DNA from: the human T2T-CHM13v2.0 reference genome, Homo sapiens
Direction: 5' to 3' (one strand)
Length of the DNA: 64,000 nucleotides
Assembly (NCBI RefSeq): GCF_009914755.1
Contig: NC_060929.1
Positions 56,531 through 64,000 of this stretch are shown in pieces (the first letter of the stretch is position 1; each line of letters opens with the position of its first letter). A model generated the notes under the pieces. It worked only from the letters and a program-made list of their open reading frames with translations, did no database searches and was not told where the DNA came from. The position numbers and the translations under genes are program-made.

Positions 56531-59500
56531 GATTTCACTGATAATGTTCAGAATCCCAGAGCAGGATGGCAGCCTGGTTTACATGCAGAGCCTTTGTGTG
56601 GGATTTGAAGCCAGAAAATGTGACTAAAGTAGGAGTCTAAACAGACACAGGTAGGGCCTGGGGAATGAAAGTCAAATGCCTTTTCCAGGGGGTCTAGTAG
56701 GACCTCTCTGTTGGTGGGGATCCCCCAAAAAAGTAATCTTTTTATTTTTGTAGGAGTCCTGTAATGGTTTCATTATTATTCTCACTTTGCAGAGTAGGAA
56801 ACGTAGATGCAGGGAGGTTCTTGATTGGCTAGTGATTAGTAAGCAAGGACTTGAAGTGGATCTGATTGCGAGGCACTCCACCACCTGGGCTCCTGCCTGC
56901 AGCTGGAGGGCATATCCAGGACAAGCAAGCCTCTGAGCCCCAGGAAGAGGCTGAGCAGTTACAGCTAGTTTCCCAACTCCCAGGAACTGAAAATGACAGC
57001 CTCCTCTTGGCCCCATCAGCTCCTCACCCATGCCAACCCTGGACCCAGAGTGAGGGATGTTCTGGTGGAGACCATGAAGCTCCCAGCTGCCTGGGGGAAG
57101 CTGGCACATTTGCATCCGTGTGGCTGAGGCTGCACTTTCTCTCCATCTCTGGGATTCGCCCATGTATGACTCTCCCAGATGTCCAAATTGTGCACTCAGC
57201 AGGGATGTCTTCAGGAGGCTTCCCCACCCATCGAAATCAGGGCAGCAAGGGGCTCCCCTTGTCTTCTTCCCTCTTTGCATACATCCAGCCCTGGGCTGAT
57301 TAGGACTCTAAGCCCTGTAGGCCCTGACACTAAAATAATCAGGTCCTCCCACCACTGCCCCGCCCTGCCTCACCCCACCAAGGGCTACACAGGCATTTCA
57401 AAGGAGAAACAGTAAAATAAGTTTAAGGAAGTCTGCCAAATTTGGATTTTTCCCATGTTGACTACTTTAGTGACTTTTCTGAAATAAAATGTGCTTTCAA
57501 AACACAATTTTTGATGCCTCTACTTTGCTAGTGCTTTAAGCATCTCTTGAGTGTGCCTGTGAGGTATTTCAGCATTGGAGTTGGAACCAGACAGGAAAAG
57601 GAAAGAAACCGATCTGTATCGGGCACCTGCTGCATGCCAAGGACTGTGCAAGGTGTTGACAAAATAACAACAGTAACAAACATAACATTTAAATCGTCCT
57701 TGTGACATTTATATAGCAATCTGTGCCAAGTACCACTCTAAGCGCTTTCGGTACATTAAGCTAATTTAATCCTCACAACAACCCTATGTGGTAGGTAGTG
57801 TGATTATTCCCATGTAACAGATGAAATCTCACACTATGAGAGACAGGCACTGATCCCCCTATTTTATAGATGAGGAAACTGAGGCTTGGGAAGAAGTGAC
57901 TTGCCCAAGTGCCCCGGTGCCTGGTGGAAGAACAGTGTTCACACCAGCTTTGGCCACTTCCAAAGCCCTTGATGTTGACACTCCAAATGCAGGCCTCACT
58001 CATTTCCTAGAAGCGCCTTATGATTTGATATGTCCTCAGGGTGCATTATAAGAGGAGGGAGGAAAACCTGGGACTACAATGAGCATTGAATCTTGTCCTG
58101 ATCTTCTCAGGGACCCTCTGTCATTCCCGATTGCCTATTGCATCTGTTCTCACCTGGTACTACCATTCCCTCCTCCCTGGTTTTTCCCTTGCTAAGTGAC
58201 CACTCTATACATTGGTCCATATCATGTAGCCTCTGCTGGAGGCAAGTCTGGTTCCCATCTGCCTTCCCCTGAAGAAGAAGCTGCTGGAAAATTAGAGTTA
58301 TGTTGGACACAGTCTTTGTCCCCAAGGAACTTCTCTCTGGTCATAATCATTATATTAACAGCAAACCTATAGCATGCTATGTGCTAGACACTTTAGCAAC
58401 TTGGTTTTATGTAAGCCTTACAGTATCCCCAGGAAGTGAGCACTATTACTAGACCCTTTCCAGATGAGGACACTGAAGACTAGAGGGCATAAGCAAATGT
58501 CCAATGTCTCACTTCTCATAAGTGGAAAAGCCAGGATTCGAACCCAGATGGTTTGCCTCCAGTGCCTGCATGCTGAATCACTGGACTAGGCTGGACCTGA
58601 GCATTTAGAGGACATTATAGATTATGTAACACTGTGGGGATTCAGAGTATGGAGAAAGCACCTCTATCTGAGGGGCAGGGGCTGGAGAATTAGAGAAGAT
58701 GGCCGAAAGAGGCGGCATTAGAGCTCAACAAAAGAGCTAGGGGTTGGCCCAGGCAAGAATGTAGGTTAGTGAAGTTCTAGGCAGAAGGAACAGGATAAGC
58801 AAAGTCACAGAGGCAGGCAACAAGAAGGGGAAAGAAATGAAAACTGACAGTGATGTTTTGTATGCTTGTGACTTGGAGGATGTTAACAGAAAGAGGATGC
58901 CATCAGAAGTGGGAGGCAAGGAGCAGAGTCAGGCTGTCCATGTTCAGGAGAATGGGACAAGGTCCTAGGAGGTAGTAGACAGCAAGGATGAGGAAAGCAC
59001 CAAGCAAGTAGGGATCGAGACTGTGCCCTCTCAGCACCACCCTTGTCCCCCTAAGTGTCTCCCCGTGATCACTGCAGCTTACATTTGATTCCTCCTTCTC
59101 CTCTCCCAGGGAACTTACTATTTGTCCCCATGATTTAGCCTTTGATTACCTTGAACTGTTCTATCATCATTCCCTGTAAACACGCTTGACTCTCCAGCAA
59201 GAGTGACCTTTCCTCAGAGACCTGGACCTTTCTTTCTTCCCTTCTCAGCATCTTCGAGCATCCCAGGACAGTACTGGGCAAAAGACTGGTACTTGGTGAC
59301 TTGAACTGATATTTCACAGAGATGCACAAAGACTTGGTATTCCTTAATTAGAATTCATGCGGCAGAGAAACTTGGGCATGACTTTGAGGATCTCCCCCAC
59401 CCGCCAACAGCATATTCACAAGATACGAACATCAAAGATTGTGGCTTGGTGTGAAAACATAGCACATTGGAGGCCATTCCATAACAGCTTAGAGCTGATG

Positions 59501-59739
59501 AAGAGAAAAAGATATGGTGTGTTGGGTGAAATAGAACTGAAGGCCAGTCCTAGCTTACCGTTTAGGAGCTGTGTGGTTTGAAGAAATTGTTTAGCCCCTT
59601 TCTGCATATCAGCTTCTTCATCTGTTAAACAATAACAATCATGGTATCAATTCATTGGATTGTCATGAGGATTAGTGAGATAATATGAATGTGTTTAGTA
59701 AGCTATAAGGCAGTGCATACGTGGTGGGGATCAGTATTA

Positions 59740-61040
59740 GATGACAATAATGGTCATAGCAATAATAATGATTTTGATAGTGGTGGTGATGATGTTTGTG
59801 ATGGTGGTGTGATGGTGGTGATGGGGATGGTGTTATTCGTGGTGGTAATTATTATATTATGGATGTGTGAGTCTGTTTTCACACTGCTGTAAAGAACTAC
59901 CTGAGACTGGGTAATTTATGAAGAAAAGAGGCTTAACTGACTCACAGTTCTACAGGCTTTCCAGGAGGCATGGCTGGGGAGGCCTCAGGAAACTTACAAC
60001 TGTGGCAGAAGGCTAAAGGGGAAGCAGGCATATTTTCACATAGTGGTAGGACAGAGAGAGAGCAAAGGGGGGTGTGCTACATACTTTTAAACAACCAGAT
60101 TTCATGAGAACTCCCTCACTATCACAAGAACAGCTTGGGGGAAACTGCCCCCATGATCTGGTCACCTCCCACCTTGTCCCTCCCCCAACATTATTAACTA
60201 CAGTTCAACATGGGATTTGGGTGAGGACATAGAGGCAAACCATATCAAGGGATAATATTGTTGATGATGGCAGAGGTGTTGGTGACAGTAATGACAGTAG
60301 GGGCTTCATGGCAATAATGATGATGATGATGGAGGATTACAATATTAGTGGTAATGGTGATTATTATAGTATAGGTGATGTTGATTATAAGGGTGGTGGT
60401 GGTGGTGACAATGGTGATGGTGGTAGTGATGGTGATGATGATGATAATAGTAATGATGGTGATATGGTAGTATGACAGCGATGGTGGTGATGATAGTGAC
60501 GGTGGTGATGATGGTGATGGTGATGGTAGTAGTGATGGTGGTGATTATGGAGGTGGTGATGGTGATAATGGTAATGATGGTAGTGATGGTGGTGGTGGTA
60601 GTGATGATGGTGAAGTGATAGTGATGGTGGTGGTTATGGAGGTGGTGATGGTGATAATGGTAATGATGGTAGTGATGGTGGTGGTGGTAGTGATGATGGT
60701 GAAGTGATAGTGATGGTAGTGGTTATGGAGGTGGTGATGGTGATAATGGTAATGATGGTAGTGACGGTGGTGGTGGTAGTGATGATGGTGAAGTGATAGT
60801 GATGGTGGTGGTTATGGAGGTGGTGGTGACGATAGTGATGGTGGTGATGATAATAGTAATGATGGTGGTGTGGTCATAATGATAGTGATGGTGGTGGTGT
60901 GGTGGTAGTGATAGTTGTGATGAAAGGTGGTGATGGTGGCAGTGGTGATGATAGCAGTAGGGCTGATGGTGGTGACAGTGGTGATTATATAGTGATGTAA
61001 GTAGTAGTGTTGTTGGAAGGATGATAGTGGTAGTGGTGTC
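59740..61040. repeat. (TGG/TGA/TAG)n triplet low-complexity tract containing an 89-bp-period VNTR
   Basis: Directly visible; TTATGGAGG recurs at 60545, 60634, 60723 and 60812. Confidence 0.92.
59864..60247 (-). mobile_element. MaLR solo LTR (MSTA/THE1D-like) inserted in the triplet tract
   Basis: AAAGAACTACCTGAGACTGGGTAATTTATGAAGAAAAGAGG...GAGGCCTCAGGAAACTTACAA...CAAACCATATCA. Confidence 0.9.
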
Positions 61041-62397
61041 AACAGCACTGGTGAATTTAAGGCAATCATTCCCTTTGTCCAAACTATCTTCTTTGACTAG
61101 GCTGCACAGAAGGATTTCCAACCCCCAGAACTTGAATTCCCCCAGGTGTATTTGTCAAAAGTAGGAAAGAATAAGACAAATCAGCCCATGCCTTCAGATT
61201 TCTTCTCTTATTCCTGGTTGGTACTTTCAGAATCATTTTAATGTAAGCTGCTTTCTTGACATTTGCATTCCAGCACGTGGCACAGTGCCATGGCTGGTAC
61301 ATCGTCAAGTCTTCAATAAATATTTGTGAAATGAAGGGATGAACTTGCAGAAAGACACAGGCTGTTCTCTTGGATGAACTCATCAGAGTTAAATGTTTCA
61401 TCTTTGAAGATAACGCGGGGGTTATCAGGCACATCAGAATATACCTGCATTAACACTATTGCCAGCATGAGCAATTCGATAACCTGGCAGGTTGGGAAGA
61501 TTTCTTGGCACCTACACTGCCCCTGGAAGCCCCCGGATGTCAGCTTGGCCTGGCCCTTGTACCCACCACTTTGCCCTCAGAGGTAGGGTCTGTTCTACTG
61601 GGATTCTGTGCTAACTGATCACAGGGAACAGTGGGGAAAATGGCCTCTCCCACCGGCTGCTTCTGGAGAGTCCAAGCCTCCCTCCTCAGTGACCTTGCTG
61701 TGCGGCAGGAATGAGAGGCACATCCTGGCTCTGGAGATGTTCTTCTTGGCAGCAAGTCCTCCCCAATGGCAGGAGGGATTACAGAAGTGATTTCAGGTGC
61801 CAGTGCCTCCACAGCCCACCCACCCTCTGCTCTAGGCAAGTCAGAGGCACCTGTAGAGCCTCTGTTCTTTGTGTGTGGAAAAGGAATAATCTCGCACCAG
61901 CATTATAAGGTTCTCATGGTTTTTAGGGGTGTGGCATATAGTGAGGGCTCCGCTAATGGCAGCAGCTATTAATATTGGTATCATTTATTATTTCCATTAC
62001 TAGTGGAGACATTGAGCTGATATATGGGTCAATAATGATAGACTAGAGACTTTGTGTGTCTCTTTGGTGGAACATGTGTGGCTTGGATTCACCTTGAATC
62101 CCCTGATTCTGGCACTCTGGCCTGAGAGTGTCCTCTGAATGAGTCATGTGGTGCCAGCGGGGTTGTTGAGATAGATAGATGGCCTGCAGGCATTTGGGTT
62201 CAAATGCTGTTCTGCTGAATAAGGAATACGATTTGGGGACCAAACACCCTTGGATTTAAATCCCAGACTTGTTTTTCCCTGGTGGTGTGGCCCTAGGGAA
62301 GTATTTCTGCTGAGCCTTACTGTCTTCTTGTGTCCAGTAAGGTTAGTAATATTGACCACATTGGCTCTTTGGGAAGAGGATGGAAAATAAAGTGTAA

Positions 62398-63535
62398 ATG
62401 GAGCGAGGGAGGGAATTTGTCTCCGAGGCAGCACAGGACAGGAGGTAATGGAAAGACCAAAGTGGTTTTTGGATTAGAGCTGCCTGCAGCCTTTATCTGT
62501 CTATGGAGTTGATTTATTATTCTCCCAAATCTTGGAACAAAGTCAAGAAAGGGAGGAAGGAAGGGAGAGAGATGGGTAATAAGAGTATGGAAGAAAATGT
62601 AAACATGTAGAGTGCAGACAGCGGCTGCCTGCCCATAGCAAGCCCTCCGCAGAGGGAGAATTAATTGGCTGTTGTCATTTGTATTGTTGTGATTGTTCTT
62701 ATTGTTGAAAGATGTAGAAGAGAAATCAGGTAGAAAGAATTCAAGCAAAGACAGGGGGTGAGCGAAAGCATGAAGAAATGAACAGAATCTGGGCTGAATT
62801 TCTTTAAGGTTATAAAGCACTCTATGCAATCTGAGGCAGGCAGTCCCCAAGCTTCTAGTACCACCCTGCGACTCTACGTGTCAAACAGGAGGAGTTCCTT
62901 AAAGGGTGTTTGGTGTGTGCATGTGTGTAGAGGGATGAAGCATGTATACATCTTTGTATACATCAGACACTGTGCTGGGCACTGCCCTTAAATTATCTCA
63001 CTTAATTGTCACACAGTCCTATGAAGCAGATGCTGTTATTGTCTCAGTTTTAGAGACAAGAAAACTGAAGCTCAGAGAAAAGAAGTGATGACCAGCCCAA
63101 GGTCACATAGCTGCTAAGTGCAGGGACAGCATCAGAACCCAGGCCCGTCTGTGCCCTTAGGTCTCAGAGATTCTACACCTACTACCTAGTATTAGCTCAA
63201 TCTGACCCTTGGGGAAATTAAGCCCCAGGAAAGCTGTTTCCTTCAGTTGCGCAGCCAACTTGAAGCAATGGTAGACTGAATCCCAGTTCTGACTGCCAGC
63301 TCCACAGTCCCTCCCTGGGGCCTCGCACATCATTGGAACTGACAACACAAGAATCTTCCATCTCCTTCCTTCTCTTCCTCCTTTTCTTGGCTGTCGTCCA
63401 AAACTTTAGGGGAATGATAAACCAACTTGAGAGACAGAGAAAGGCTGTAGGAAGATCCAACTCAAAAACATTTTGGTGTTTGCTTTACGTCCGCCTGAGC
63501 GTCCCTGGAGATAAACCCTCCTCACTCTCGCCCAC
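62398..63535. repeat. Diverged inverted repeat, arms ~62398-62575 and ~63358-63535
   Basis: The reverse complement of 62465-62522 aligns without gaps to 63412-63469 at 46/58 identity; similarity extends on both sides. Confidence 0.88.
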
Positions 63536-64000
63536 CATTGCTCTGCTATGTCAATTTCAGCAGCCGGACTCTGGGGCTGACATGCATTGCCCCTTCTCAA
63601 CCCAGACACCACTTCCTTCAGGGAAGGCTCCACATAATGGTGAAGTGCACAGACTCAGAAGCCGGGCAGTGCTGTTCAGAACCTGGTTCTGCCTTTCTCG
63701 GGCGTGTGGCCTTGGATAAGTCATCTACTCTCTATGAGCCTCAGATCCTTCGTCTGCAAAACAGAGCTAATGCCTCCCTTCTAGGGTTGCTGTGGGGCTT
63801 AATTGAGAAGGTATATGTGAAATGCCTGCTCCATAATAGACACCCGTTTGAGAATTAACGTTTGGGTTGTTACAGTGTGAGCCCATGGGTCTCAGGCAAC
63901 AGACTTGATAAATACAGGTTCCTCTGCAACCACAATCCTAGTCCTTAGCACAAGCATGACACTGCCTGGCATGTGCTATCCCTCCCATATCCATCAGCCA

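Noticed and set aside
56672-57303. 202-aa (-) and 145-aa (+) ORFs
   Set aside because: No recognisable homology, partly overlapping a MIR-like fragment, and no supporting splice or Kozak context.
60530-60830. CRISPR-like regular spacing
   Set aside because: Whole units repeat with no unique spacers, there are no cas genes, and the DNA is mammalian.
60723-61121. His/Thr/Pro-rich ORFs on the - strand
   Set aside because: Translation of the (CAC/CAT)n triplet tract.

Overview
Repeat-rich primate genomic DNA, almost certainly human chr5q35. The only confidently protein-coding sequence is the CpG-island-associated first coding exon of KCNIP1 (KChIP1): MGAVMGTFSSLQTKQRRPSK at 47403-47463 on the + strand, followed by a GTAAG donor. 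Everything else is upstream or intronic sequence made largely of retroelements and simple repeats. These include a near-full-length dead L1PB1 nested in an older L1, 13 Alus, solo LTRs (LTR12, MER34, MER21, MLT1/2, MST/THE1, LTR48-like), L2/MIR/L3 fossils, MER5A and MADE1, plus a 3'-truncated U2 snRNA retrocopy. The structures least explained by standard annotation are: (1) an old ~180-bp inverted repeat (62398-62575 / 63358-63535); (2) a young ~175-bp direct repeat bracketing a 1.3-kb AT-rich segment that carries a 22-bp-stem hairpin next to a perfect ARE; (3) the L1PB1, which appears spliced in its 5'UTR and has a foreign 5' extension; (4) a KCNIP1 leader containing uORFs, a G-quadruplex and a second myristoylation-competent Met; (5) an 89-bp-period VNTR hidden in a TGG/TGA tract. 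Repeat subfamily names and boundaries come from by-eye recognition and are approximate. I see no evidence of a new multi-gene system.
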